From an uncultured Mycoplasma sp. (GTDB lineage: Bacteria > Bacillota_I > Bacilli_A > RF39 > UBA660), in the NCBI GenBank assembly GCA_964538205.1, contig CAZIFN010000001.1:3108-67107 (forward strand): 64,000 nucleotides of DNA. The letters run 5' to 3'. The position numbers and the translations under genes were made by a program. The notes beneath the pieces are model-generated. The model searched no databases, had not been told where the DNA came from, and saw only the letters and a list, made by a program, of their open reading frames with translations. Positions 1-9,646 of the stretch are shown here, piece after piece. Position 1 is the stretch's first letter, and each line of letters begins with the position of its first letter.

Positions 1-34
1 AACCTCGCCATTTTAATTCATCAAATATTTTCAT
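1..34 (-). CDS. tyrS: Tyrosine--tRNA ligase, N-terminal fragment; gene continues past the left edge of the window
   Basis: On the minus strand an ATG (plus 32-34) follows an RBS GAGGAGAG. It opens MKIFDELKWRG..., which matches the conserved TyrS N-terminus (ELxWRGL). Only 11 codons are visible. Confidence 0.4.
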   Translation of the reverse strand, partial: MKIFDELKWRG

Positions 35-169
35 AATATCTCTCCTCTTCTAAAGAAAAAAGTCAAAATTACAATAAAGAAAATCAACTCACAATCTCAA
101 CTAATTACTAAAAACATAAATAGATTATATCATAAAAAAGAATCAATTCAAAAAAAAACAGGTAAAAAC

Positions 170-583
170 CTATTTTTTTTCACTACCTTGTTCTAATTTC
201 TTTATTACATCTTTCGTAACAGAAATAGCTTTTTCCTTTAATTCTAAAGCAGCATCATGTAAAACTGGAGTTCCTTTTTCAACAGCAAGTTCAACTAAGT
301 CCTCTACTTTTTCTTTTAAAACTAAAGCCTTTTCTTTAGCAAGATCCAATGCTTTTTCTTTATCTAAATCAGTTAATTCCTTTTTTATTTCTTTTACTTT
401 CTTATCAAACTCTTTTTTAACATCCTCTGCATCAATATCCTTAACTTGATTCATCAACTTATCAAATTGAACCTTAAGATCAGCTCTAGTTTCACTACCT
501 TTCTTAGGTGCAAACAAAAGACCTAATCCAGCTCCAAGAGCTGCTCCAAACAAAAATTTTCCAGTATTCTTTTTCTTACTCAT
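170..583 (-). CDS. YtxH-like general stress protein (DUF948/YtxH family; N-terminal TM helix with a GxxxG-rich segment, then a coiled-coil tail)
   Basis: 137 aa. FGAALGAGLGLLFAPKKGSETRADLK followed by a K/E-rich helical region is the typical YtxH architecture. It overlaps the upstream gene by 8 nt, which suggests an operon. Confidence 0.6.
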   Translation of the reverse strand: MSKKKNTGKFLFGAALGAGLGLLFAPKKGSETRADLKVQFDKLMNQVKDIDAEDVKKEFDKKVKEIKKELTDLDKEKALDLAKEKALVLKEKVEDLVELAVEKGTPVLHDAALELKEKAISVTKDVIKKLEQGSEKK

Positions 584-887
584 CAGTTAAATCCTCCTCA
601 ATATCTTTATTTTTTTTATTATGACCTTTAAAAATCTTATATATAAAACCAGTAATAGAAGCAACAACAGTTTCAACTATATTTGAAAAACCATCAGTTG
701 CCTTGTCAATAATTCTAAAAACACCATTCAAAGAATTAACTTTATCAGAAACATCATCAACTAATTTATTAACTTTGTCTATCATCATAATAACTTTAAT
801 TCCTAAAATAATTAACACTACTACTAGTATTATACAAACTAAATATAATAATACAGGTAAAACAAAATTTAATAAATCCATAGCCAT
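576..887 (-). CDS. DUF948-family (YtxG-like) membrane-anchored protein
   Basis: 103 aa with an N-terminal TM helix and an amphipathic tail. It is translationally coupled to the ytxH-like gene, as in the B. subtilis ytxGHJ arrangement. Confidence 0.5.
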   Translation of the reverse strand: MAMDLLNFVLPVLLYLVCIILVVVLIILGIKVIMMIDKVNKLVDDVSDKVNSLNGVFRIIDKATDGFSNIVETVVASITGFIYKIFKGHNKKNKDIEEDLTDE

Positions 888-899
888 TCTCCTTATATA

Positions 900-1919
900 T
901 TATTCTTGATCTTGATACATAGAGTCAATTAAATCAAATAAATTATCATCAGTATCAACAGAATCATTAGTATTACTTTCTACTTCTTCTAAATCTAAAG
1001 AACCAGAAATAACTTCATCATCATAAACACTTTTCTCACGTTTACCTGTTGTAGACTTCTTTCCAGCATCAACATAGTCTACGTTATATTCTAATCCTAA
1101 ATCTTGAAAATATTCCAAAGCATCACCCATGGTAACATCTTTAACAGCGGGTTTATCATCATCAGAACTTAAATCAACAAGCAAATTAGTATCGCTCTCA
1201 ACTTCAAAAGAAGGACTAACACTATTTTTCTTCACTGATTCATTATCATCACTACTGCCAAAAGCCTTAGCTCTAACATCATCAACACTTACTTTATCCC
1301 TAGCAAAACTACTAGTAAGTCTAACTTCTCTTTTTGGAACAACATCTTCTTTTCGATAGTTCTTATCTAAAATACCATAAATAGGAGAAATAATTGGTGA
1401 AGGTTTAAAATAAGACTTTTCTTCTTTCTTTTCATATATATTGTACTCATGCACTGTAGATTTAGGAGTCTCATCAACACCATAAGGTTGAGGTGTATTC
1501 TTAACAGGCTTAGAAGGATACAAGTTTTCATCTCTACTAACAGAATATGGTATATTATCCTCTTTCTCAATAACCTTAACGATTTCAGGCTCACTAGTTG
1601 GATATGTACGTTCAACCAACAAATCTTCATCATCAATCATCTTAAAAGAATGATTATCTTCTTCCTTAATTTCTTCCTTTTCATCATCAAAATCATCATC
1701 AATATCAATATTTTCAGAAACATAGTTTTCTTTCTTTTCAGGTAAAACAACCTTCTTAGCTACTGGTTTTTCTTCTTCTAAATCCTCAGCTTTCTTTTCC
1801 TTAACAACTTCTTTTACTACTGGCTTCTTCTTAGAAACCTTCTTTGTTTTAGGCTTTTCTACAACTTCAACATACTCTTCTTCAAAAAGAGCATTCTTAA
1901 GTTTTTCAAATATACCCAT
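900..1919 (-). CDS. Highly acidic low-complexity protein of unknown function; N-terminus MGIFEKLKNALFEEEY resembles the amphipathic membrane-targeting helix of SepF-type proteins
   Basis: 339 aa and very rich in D, E and K with no TM helix. It is co-directional with, and 12 nt upstream of, the DUF948/YtxH pair. The product call is an inference. Confidence 0.45.
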   Translation of the reverse strand: MGIFEKLKNALFEEEYVEVVEKPKTKKVSKKKPVVKEVVKEKKAEDLEEEKPVAKKVVLPEKKENYVSENIDIDDDFDDEKEEIKEEDNHSFKMIDDEDLLVERTYPTSEPEIVKVIEKEDNIPYSVSRDENLYPSKPVKNTPQPYGVDETPKSTVHEYNIYEKKEEKSYFKPSPIISPIYGILDKNYRKEDVVPKREVRLTSSFARDKVSVDDVRAKAFGSSDDNESVKKNSVSPSFEVESDTNLLVDLSSDDDKPAVKDVTMGDALEYFQDLGLEYNVDYVDAGKKSTTGKREKSVYDDEVISGSLDLEEVESNTNDSVDTDDNLFDLIDSMYQDQE

Positions 1920-1936
1920 GAGCTCACCTCTTTAAT

Positions 1937-2596
1937 TTATTCTTCATCAAGGTCTAAATTTTCTTGATCTTTAGCTTTTTTATATCCTGGATCATACTTA
2001 CTAACAACATCCAAAAAGTCTTCCTGTGACGACTTAGTATCAAACAATGTAAAACTTTCCTCTGCATAACTCAACACATTATCACCAACTAAGCTTTCAA
2101 GCACTTTATCATTAAACTTAATTGAACGTAAAATATAACACATGTTATTAATAACATTAACCAAGTTATCTTTTGTAGTTAAACACTCCATTTTAGCATA
2201 ATTAAACATAAATTCAACAAAGTAATTATCAGAAACCTTAGTTATCTCTAAATACCCTGTTTTCTTCTTATATTTTATAACCTTAGAATAATAAGCATCA
2301 GGTTTAATCTTATAAGCAACATCTGTCTTATGATAATAACTAATAACATCAACATACATATAATATTTATTATCAAATCTATCTCTAAAGATAGCATTAT
2401 ACTCTTCTTTATTAACAAATTTTAAACCATCAGGAACATAATACTTATATCCATCAAAATGAACATTACTACTTTTACCATTCTCATTAAGTAAAATATT
2501 CATATTATTTTCAAAATCACTGTCACTTAATTCTTTAATACTACAACCAGTTATCATTAACAAAATAACAGAGAGTAAAACAATTATCTTCTTCAT
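1937..2596 (-). CDS. Lipoprotein of unknown function
   Basis: 219 aa. The signal peptide plus lipobox (LLMITGC) is clear in MKKIIVLLSVILLMITGCS. Confidence 0.6.
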   Translation of the reverse strand: MKKIIVLLSVILLMITGCSIKELSDSDFENNMNILLNENGKSSNVHFDGYKYYVPDGLKFVNKEEYNAIFRDRFDNKYYMYVDVISYYHKTDVAYKIKPDAYYSKVIKYKKKTGYLEITKVSDNYFVEFMFNYAKMECLTTKDNLVNVINNMCYILRSIKFNDKVLESLVGDNVLSYAEESFTLFDTKSSQEDFLDVVSKYDPGYKKAKDQENLDLDEE

Positions 2597-2656
2597 AATT
2601 CACCTACTCTTACTACATTATATCAAATTTTTTGTAAATGTAAAAATATTTTATTA

Positions 2657-3307
2657 CTATTTACTATTTTGGACATCATATTTAATAGCTTCAACAGCAT
2701 AAATAGGCATACCCTTACTTGAAAATTTATCTTCATATTCAGTTGTAATTAAATTATCCGAAGTACTATGCAAATCAAAACTAATATTTTTTAATACATA
2801 TCCATATTCACTAAAGCTCATCAAAGAATAAATATATAAGTCTCTATTATCAGTTCTCATAAATATTTCCTTATCTCCAATAAAAATATCATCATATTTC
2901 TCCAAAAAAACTTTACTAGATAATCTTCGCAAACTATGTCGAACTTTAGGCCAAGGATCAGAAAAATTTAAATAAATCCGACTAACTTCTTTAAAAAAAG
3001 TTTTATCAATATCAAGAGCATCCATTCTAATTATAAACAAATTAGAAAGCCCTTCTGGAATCTTAGGCAAACATTTTGCAACAACACTATCATATTTTTC
3101 TATTCCAATAAAATTAATATTAGGATATTTAATAGCATTTTCTATAATAAATTTACCCTTTCCAGTACCAATTTCAATATATATAGGATTATCATTACCA
3201 AATAATAACTTCCAATTACCTATATTTTCCAAATTATTCTTAATAAGATATTTAGAACCATTCAATATTTCTTCCTTGTTTTTAACATTTCTAAGTCGCA
3301 TAAACAT
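2657..3307 (-). CDS. trmB: tRNA (guanine46-N7)-methyltransferase
   Basis: Motifs IEIGTGKGKF (SAM binding) and NFSDPWPKVRHSLRRL are TrmB signatures. The track ORF extends to 3346 (MLLALFCDKIYLVMFM...), but the conserved protein begins at the internal Met codons at 3307 or 3301 (MFMRLRNV...). Confidence 0.85.
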   Translation of the reverse strand: MFMRLRNVKNKEEILNGSKYLIKNNLENIGNWKLLFGNDNPIYIEIGTGKGKFIIENAIKYPNINFIGIEKYDSVVAKCLPKIPEGLSNLFIIRMDALDIDKTFFKEVSRIYLNFSDPWPKVRHSLRRLSSKVFLEKYDDIFIGDKEIFMRTDNRDLYIYSLMSFSEYGYVLKNISFDLHSTSDNLITTEYEDKFSSKGMPIYAVEAIKYDVQNSK

Positions 3308-3374
3308 CACCAAGTATATTTTATCACAAAATAAAGCTAAAAGCATATAATAAAAAGAAAGATAGGTTGATAAT

Positions 3375-3557
3375 ATGAATAATATGCCTTACCCTTATAT
3401 GCCTTTTGGAATGCCCTTACCAGTACCAGATAAATATGAAGAAGAAATTAATAATCTAAAATACGAAATAGAAAAATTAAAAGAAAGAATAAATAATTTA
3501 GAAAATAAAAACAAAAAAAATTATCTTCAAAAAGATGAAGGACTATATATAATGTAA
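3375..3557 (+). CDS. Small proline-rich, coiled-coil protein of unknown function (60 aa)
   Basis: MNNMPYPYMPFGMPLPVP followed by a heptad-like EEEINNLKYEIEKLKERINNLENK segment. An A/G-rich stretch precedes the ATG and it is the only ORF in this gap. Whether it is translated is uncertain. Confidence 0.4.
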   Translation: MNNMPYPYMPFGMPLPVPDKYEEEINNLKYEIEKLKERINNLENKNKKNYLQKDEGLYIM

Positions 3558-3581
3558 GTGTCCTTTATTTTTATTTCGAAA

Positions 3582-3600
3582 TGTAAACTGTTGATTTACA
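3582..3600. promoter_or_regulatory. Inverted repeat TGTAAA-N7-TTTACA, a candidate operator upstream of the femAB-like gene
   Basis: A perfect 6-bp arm dyad about 160 nt upstream of the 3760 start codon. No specific regulator can be assigned. Confidence 0.25.
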
Positions 3601-3759
3601 ATGTGAAATAAAAACTAAAATTATAACTAAATATATAATAAAAATAAATACAATAACACAAAGTAAAAATATTAAAAGACAAAAAAAATATTTTTGTATT
3701 TTCTTCTACAAAGATATACTTTATGATATACTAACTTTATAAGAAAGTGAGGTTACAAC

Positions 3760-4941
3760 ATGTTAAAACTAAAAAATCTAGATAAGGAAGTATATGACAA
3801 CTATGTAGCAAGTCAAAAACAAGAACCAAATTTCTTACAATCACATTCATATGGAGAATTTGCAAAAGTTAAAAAGCGTCTTACACCATATTATCTAGGA
3901 TTAGTAAATGAAAACAATGAAATATTTGCTGCTGCAATGCTATTACAAAAAAATTTACCATTCAACAAAACCGGATTATATGCACCAGCAGGTTTTACAA
4001 TAGACTATAAAAACAAAAAATTAATGAAAATACTAGTTAGTTCTTTAAAAAACTTTGCAAAAAGTAAAAAAGCTATTTTTATAAAAATAGCACCATATAT
4101 AGAAGAAAATACAAAAAACAAAGATTTTAATGAGATTAAAAACATACTAAAAGAATTAGGATTTAAAAAAGAAGATAATGATAAACAATTAAAAATAATG
4201 TTACCAGTATCTAGTAGTAAGCTTGATTTAACGAAAAATATAGAAGAAATAGAAAATAATTTTAAAGAAACGACAAAAGACTACATTACAAAATCAATAA
4301 AGTTAAATACTGAAACAGTTATTGGTAATAAAGCAAATATAAAAGACTTATATTTACTTATGAAAAAGTCAAATAACAAAATAAAATATGATCAAGACTA
4401 TTTTGAAACTTTATATGAAATATTTAATGGTAATAAAAATACAAAAGCAACCATTGTTCTAGGTAAAATAAATATAAATAAAACCATTAAAAGTCTTGAA
4501 AAAAATTTAAAAAAGATAAATGATCAAATTTCAATATTACCAATAGACAGTTTAAGTAAAAGCTCAAAAACAAAATTACAAGATCTAACTAAACAAAAAG
4601 AAACAATTCAAAAAGATATAGAGAAATTCCAAATTCACAAACAAAAAACAGGCACAGAAATAATTATAAGTGCCCATTTAATAATAAAATACGCAAACAA
4701 AGCTTGGATAACTCACACATATAATGATAATGTAATTAAAGACACATACATCAATTATTATACCTACTATAAAGACATTAAATATTGTAAAGAAGAAAAT
4801 ATAATTAGTTTAGAACAAACTAATGACAATATTTTAGAAAAAAACTATAATGCAAAACAAATAAATTACTTAGGACAATATAACTATATAATCAATCCAA
4901 TTATGTACTTTATAATAACAAAGTTCAAAAAGAAAAAGTAA
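3760..4941 (+). CDS. FemAB-family aminoacyl-tRNA-dependent peptidoglycan interpeptide-bridge transferase (FemX/FemA-like)
   Basis: 393 aa. N-terminal FLQSHSYGEFAK...LYAPAGFTIDYKN and FIKIAPYIEE align to S. aureus FemA (VFKYFYSNRGPVIDYEN, LHIDPYLPYQ). A central coiled-coil insert (KSLEKNLKKINDQISI...) is typical of FemAB. Confidence 0.75.
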   Translation: MLKLKNLDKEVYDNYVASQKQEPNFLQSHSYGEFAKVKKRLTPYYLGLVNENNEIFAAAMLLQKNLPFNKTGLYAPAGFTIDYKNKKLMKILVSSLKNFAKSKKAIFIKIAPYIEENTKNKDFNEIKNILKELGFKKEDNDKQLKIMLPVSSSKLDLTKNIEEIENNFKETTKDYITKSIKLNTETVIGNKANIKDLYLLMKKSNNKIKYDQDYFETLYEIFNGNKNTKATIVLGKININKTIKSLEKNLKKINDQISILPIDSLSKSSKTKLQDLTKQKETIQKDIEKFQIHKQKTGTEIIISAHLIIKYANKAWITHTYNDNVIKDTYINYYTYYKDIKYCKEENIISLEQTNDNILEKNYNAKQINYLGQYNYIINPIMYFIITKFKKKK

Positions 4942-4947
4942 CATCAA

Positions 4948-6594
4948 TTACTTTTTTCTTTTTATAACATTTATAATTCTACCATTAAAAATATGTTTAA
5001 TTGTACCAGTTTTTCTCATAAAAAACAAATACACAACAAACCCAACAGCAGCATAAAAAACAATAATAAATAAATTAACAATTCTAATCTCAGAATAAAT
5101 AGGAATAAATAACTTAACTATAAAAAGAGAAAAAACAGCTAACATAGAACCACAAAAAATATCTATAAAATACTTAACCAAGTCTTCATAATTAATCTTA
5201 AATTTCTTACTAAGCATAACCATAGAAAAACAAAAAGAAACTAAATAGCCAAGTATACTAGCAGTAATAATACCATAATAAGCAGGAATACCCATTTTAT
5301 AAAATGCAATTATCAAACTATTATTTAATAATAATTTTAAAATAAAACCAAGTAACACACTAAAAACAATAGTTTTATAATCCTTATATAATTGAATAAT
5401 ATAAATTGTAACAAAAAAGATACTCATAAATAAACAAACAAATATATAATAAGACAAAATATTCGGACCATATTGACTTAGTCCAAAAAACAATATCCAT
5501 ATTGGCTTAGCTAAAAAACTAATTATAAAAACAATAGGAATAATGAAAAAAAGTAAAACCTCAAATACTCTATTAATCTTTTTAGTACAATTATTATCAT
5601 TTTTTGCAATACTTTCTTTTATGTCAGGCAACATATTAAAAATTATGCCAAGAGAAAAAGAAAATATAAATATATTAAACTTAAATGCCCAAATAGAAAA
5701 AATAGATACTATTTCTAACACATCGTTACTATTAAAATTAGCATAATTAATTAAACCATACATAATACTATTAATATCTATATAACTATATAAACCTTTA
5801 GAAATATCAATAAATATAAATGGCAAAGCATAAACAACTATTTTCTTAACTATATCCTTATTACTAATTAAAGGTTCATTAACACGTCTAATCCTTTCCT
5901 CAAATCGTTTTCTATTCTTATATTTCATAAAAATTAAATATCCAAAAGAAACTATAAAACCTATAAAAAAACCTAAAACCACAAGAGAAATAGAATTACT
6001 TAATGATAGTTTAAAAACAGAAAAAGACAAATAACTAAAAAAGACAATAAATAAAATACCTACTATTTTCTCAATAGATTTAGATAAAGATATAAACTTA
6101 GTAAATCTATGTCCTTCAAAATAACCTCTATAAACATTTAAAACAGGTACAATTAATAAAGATATAGAAACTACTCTAATAGCAAAAGTAATATCAGAAA
6201 CATTAATAGTAGAAATTATATCACTCAAAATATTTTTAGCTATAAAAGGTGCTAAAATACATAATATTAAAGAAAGTATTAATCCAAAAACAAACGCCAC
6301 TTTTCTACCAAGAATTAAAACTCTCTGTTTAATATTAAAATATCCTAGTGTTTGATATTCAAATACTATATTACTAATTACTATAGGTATACTTAAAGTA
6401 GTTAAAGATACAAATAAGTAATAAATAATATATACATATCCATATAATGCCCCAGCAGTATTATCAAGTATAGAATGTAATGGAATAATATAAAGCATAT
6501 CAAAAACCATACTAATAACCATAAAAACAGTTACATAAAATGTACTAGAAAAAAGCACATCTTTTTTTAAAATTTTTTTCATATGCACCTCCAA
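4948..6594 (-). CDS. MOP-superfamily polytopic membrane transporter (MurJ/Wzx-like lipid-linked oligosaccharide flippase)
   Basis: 548 aa with roughly 14 predicted TM helices, a length and topology typical of MurJ/PST flippases. It is the last gene of an operon containing an LtaS-like gene. Assignment to subfamily is an inference. Confidence 0.5.
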   Translation of the reverse strand: MEVHMKKILKKDVLFSSTFYVTVFMVISMVFDMLYIIPLHSILDNTAGALYGYVYIIYYLFVSLTTLSIPIVISNIVFEYQTLGYFNIKQRVLILGRKVAFVFGLILSLILCILAPFIAKNILSDIISTINVSDITFAIRVVSISLLIVPVLNVYRGYFEGHRFTKFISLSKSIEKIVGILFIVFFSYLSFSVFKLSLSNSISLVVLGFFIGFIVSFGYLIFMKYKNRKRFEERIRRVNEPLISNKDIVKKIVVYALPFIFIDISKGLYSYIDINSIMYGLINYANFNSNDVLEIVSIFSIWAFKFNIFIFSFSLGIIFNMLPDIKESIAKNDNNCTKKINRVFEVLLFFIIPIVFIISFLAKPIWILFFGLSQYGPNILSYYIFVCLFMSIFFVTIYIIQLYKDYKTIVFSVLLGFILKLLLNNSLIIAFYKMGIPAYYGIITASILGYLVSFCFSMVMLSKKFKINYEDLVKYFIDIFCGSMLAVFSLFIVKLFIPIYSEIRIVNLFIIVFYAAVGFVVYLFFMRKTGTIKHIFNGRIINVIKRKK

Positions 6595-6601
6595 TTACCT
6601 A

Positions 6602-7396
6602 TTAATTATATTTATTAACAGGATTATATCCATATAAATAAAACTTACCCTTCTTATCCTTTTTTAATTCATATTTATATAATTGTAAATTAACTTCATT
6701 AAAATCAGGTTCATTAGAAAAGTATCCCTCGTCATTACAGATATCTTTAAACACCTCTCTACCATCCATAAAATCATATAAAATCAAATCTTCACCCAAA
6801 GTACAATTAGCCTTATAATAACCTTGAAAAAGATAAAATATATAAACATCATCTTTCATATGATACTTATAAAAAGAAGAATATAACTTAGTATCATAAT
6901 CAAAAGTATTAACAGGGATTTGATAATAATCTTTACTATCAATATATTTAGCTGTATACATACCATAATCATCTATATATACAGAAATATTATCACTATA
7001 TAATTTAATATTTTCCCTAAACACATCAAATAAATTACTATTTTCTAAAGCATCCTTAGAAATACAAACATTATTATCATTCATAGTCATATCACAAGTA
7101 ACTACTCCAATTTTATTCTTAACAGCATACGCTAAAGCAATCTTTTCCTTATCTGCAATATTCAAATTAGAAAATGAAGAAAAATACTTATTAACAATAT
7201 TAAATTGAAGAGGCAATTTATCCAAAAGTTCCAACCCAGCCTTTACATTTTCATATTCTTCTTTAGTACTATAATTATAATTTTCCACTTTAGATAAAAT
7301 ATCACAATATATCATTACAGAACAAAGAAGTATACCAGAAAAAATCATCAAAACTAAAGACATTATTCGACTTTTTTTATATTTTAATTCTTCCAT
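6602..7396 (-). CDS. Membrane-anchored (single N-terminal TM) protein of unknown function, Tyr/Asp-rich ectodomain
   Basis: 264 aa. It sits between the LtaS-like gene (3-nt gap) and the flippase gene (7-nt gap), so it is co-transcribed with both. Confidence 0.5.
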   Translation of the reverse strand: MEELKYKKSRIMSLVLMIFSGILLCSVMIYCDILSKVENYNYSTKEEYENVKAGLELLDKLPLQFNIVNKYFSSFSNLNIADKEKIALAYAVKNKIGVVTCDMTMNDNNVCISKDALENSNLFDVFRENIKLYSDNISVYIDDYGMYTAKYIDSKDYYQIPVNTFDYDTKLYSSFYKYHMKDDVYIFYLFQGYYKANCTLGEDLILYDFMDGREVFKDICNDEGYFSNEPDFNEVNLQLYKYELKKDKKGKFYLYGYNPVNKYN

Positions 7397-7398
7397 AC

Positions 7399-9414
7399 TT
7401 ACTCTCCAAAAACATATTTATAATAATTATTATACTGCACACTAGCAGAAACTTGAAATTTTTCATTTACTAAAGTATTTATTTTAGAAATATATTTATC
7501 ATCAACATTATCTACATAAGGAGTAAAAACATAAGAAGAAGCATTATAAGAACCTTTCTCAGTAACCCAGCTTCTATCTGGGAAAACTACTAATCCTTCT
7601 TCATTATTTGCCATAATATCTTTACCAATAATAAGTCTAGAGTCATATTCAACACCCAACATATTTAAAATCGTAGGCAAAACATCTATATTCATTGCAT
7701 ATTTATCAATAGTATACTTCGTAGTTAGTTTAGAGTTATATATCAATAAACTACCTCTATTTCTATCAAAATTATTACTTCTATCCACCATAGATCTAAT
7801 ATTAACTTGTTGATTAGATAAATAATATGGAGAATGATCAGAAGAAACAACAATCAAAGTATCATCTAACTTATTAGCATTTTCAAGTTGTGTTACTAAA
7901 TGCTGCATAGCCAAATCAAAATCTATATTAGCAGCCATATAATACTTTAGCTGAGAAGGATAATTATAACCAGATAACTTACTTAAATGCTTATTAGCAA
8001 CAAAATTAGAACTGTCATAACTACCATGCCCTGATAAAGTAATATAATATGCAAAAAACTTATCCTGATTAATGTAATCACCAATAGATTGTTCCATCAT
8101 ATCAATATCACTTCCATGAAAATAATCACAATACATATTAATTCCATCTTGACAATATCTAACTCTATCAAAATTTAATGTTGAAAAATACTTTTTTCTA
8201 TAATTATAATATCCAAAATAATTATGATAAGCATATGTAGAATAACCAAGACTTTTCAACTGTCTAGGTAAAATATAAGGATTATCATTATAAACCATAT
8301 CAATCAAACTATAAACATCACCAATAATAGGTAATAGTCCCCATTCCAACATATATTCACCATCAGCAGTACTTGCTGGATACTTAGGTGAAAAATAATT
8401 ATTAAAAGTAATTCCCTCATTCTTTAACTTATACAATGTAGGAGTTAAATCTTTATCAATAGCAATCTCATCAAAAGATTCAGCAATAATAAAAATAACA
8501 TTTTTATCTTTAAACATACCCGTAAATTCATTAGTAATAGTAGCTGACTGATTCATAAAATACTGATGTAAACTCTTAATGTTAGGATTAGTCTCATTAT
8601 TATATAAACTATTAAAATCAATACTAGTTTCATTATAAGAAATAGGCATAGTCTTTTCAAAAACAGTTCGTTTATTTGTATAAATATTCTCACCAGAATC
8701 ACTAGCAGGTACAAAACCAGTAACATTCTTAAATACACTTAAAAATAAAGAAGTATTTAAACCAAAATAATTTAAATTCAAATAAGGTATATTAACTTTA
8801 AATACTAAATTATAATAACTATATTGCTTATCTCTATCTAAATAATTAATAGCAAAAATATTATATCCAAAACTAAGTAACAACAAAACCAATAAAAACA
8901 AAGGTTCAATCCTATCAATACCATTAATTTTTACTGGTCTAATAACATTTAAAATAACTGGTACAAAAAATAAAACTATATATAAAATATTTTGAAATAT
9001 AGTATGTAAAACCTTATCATATCCATCTTTCAAAGCCCCAGCAAAAACAATACCATTAAAATTAAAAATAGAATCATATAATTGACAATAAATAAGTTCA
9101 GCAGAAAAAACAAAAGCAATAAAAATAAATATCACTCTAAAAATCCAAGTATTAATCTTTTGATGTTTAAATAAAGTACAACAAAAAGTAAAAAAAATAG
9201 AAAAAATAATAGAGAAAAACAGTAAAAAAAAGATTAAAGTTATAGAAAGACTTTCAAAATAAGCCAAATGAAAAACAACTTCAGCAAATAATAAATAACC
9301 CAAAAATCTAAAAAAGGTCTTCTCCATATTATCAACTATCCTATCATGATAAAATAATACCATAATAACAAAAAAAAATAAATAAAAAAAGAAAAGTACA
9401 CAATTATTATACAC
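7399..9414 (-). CDS. LtaS-family polyglycerolphosphate/sulfatase-like transferase (lipoteichoic acid synthase family; N-terminal 5-TM domain plus an extracellular alkaline-phosphatase-superfamily domain)
   Basis: 671 aa. The N-terminal third is hydrophobic and the rest is a sulfatase-like domain (NVIFIIAESFDE, VVSSDHSPYY), matching the LtaS architecture. The ORF appears to start at GTG at 9414. Confidence 0.7.
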   Translation of the reverse strand: MYNNCVLFFFYLFFFVIMVLFYHDRIVDNMEKTFFRFLGYLLFAEVVFHLAYFESLSITLIFFLLFFSIIFSIFFTFCCTLFKHQKINTWIFRVIFIFIAFVFSAELIYCQLYDSIFNFNGIVFAGALKDGYDKVLHTIFQNILYIVLFFVPVILNVIRPVKINGIDRIEPLFLLVLLLLSFGYNIFAINYLDRDKQYSYYNLVFKVNIPYLNLNYFGLNTSLFLSVFKNVTGFVPASDSGENIYTNKRTVFEKTMPISYNETSIDFNSLYNNETNPNIKSLHQYFMNQSATITNEFTGMFKDKNVIFIIAESFDEIAIDKDLTPTLYKLKNEGITFNNYFSPKYPASTADGEYMLEWGLLPIIGDVYSLIDMVYNDNPYILPRQLKSLGYSTYAYHNYFGYYNYRKKYFSTLNFDRVRYCQDGINMYCDYFHGSDIDMMEQSIGDYINQDKFFAYYITLSGHGSYDSSNFVANKHLSKLSGYNYPSQLKYYMAANIDFDLAMQHLVTQLENANKLDDTLIVVSSDHSPYYLSNQQVNIRSMVDRSNNFDRNRGSLLIYNSKLTTKYTIDKYAMNIDVLPTILNMLGVEYDSRLIIGKDIMANNEEGLVVFPDRSWVTEKGSYNASSYVFTPYVDNVDDKYISKINTLVNEKFQVSASVQYNNYYKYVFGE

Positions 9415-9423
9415 TGTATACTT

Positions 9424-9594
9424 TTAACAATAAATAATCATAGCCGAAAAACAAAATATTTGTTCTTCACTGAAAACTCCAATACTAACTTGATACTTAA
9501 TATCAATAACTTCTCCAGTCATCTCTGCCAAAAAATCATTAATATCTTTTTCCAAGTCTTTTTCATCTTCCAAATCAAAGATTTTCACTTTCAT
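9424..9594 (-). CDS. Cse60-like small sporulation protein (56 aa), absent from the ORF track
   Basis: Translated by hand from ATG (plus 9592-9594) to TAA (9424-9426): MKVKIFDLEDEKDLEKDINDFLAEMTGEVIDIKYQVSIGVFSEEQIFCFSAMIIYC. The blocks F(D/E)xExEKDLEx-VNxFL, IDIKYQV and QIxCFSA match my recollection of the Cse60/YteV family. Confidence 0.55.
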   Translation of the reverse strand: MKVKIFDLEDEKDLEKDINDFLAEMTGEVIDIKYQVSIGVFSEEQIFCFSAMIIYC

Positions 9595-9646
9595 ATTATC
9601 ACCAAAATAAATATAAAATATTCAATATATTTATTTTGTCGAATAA

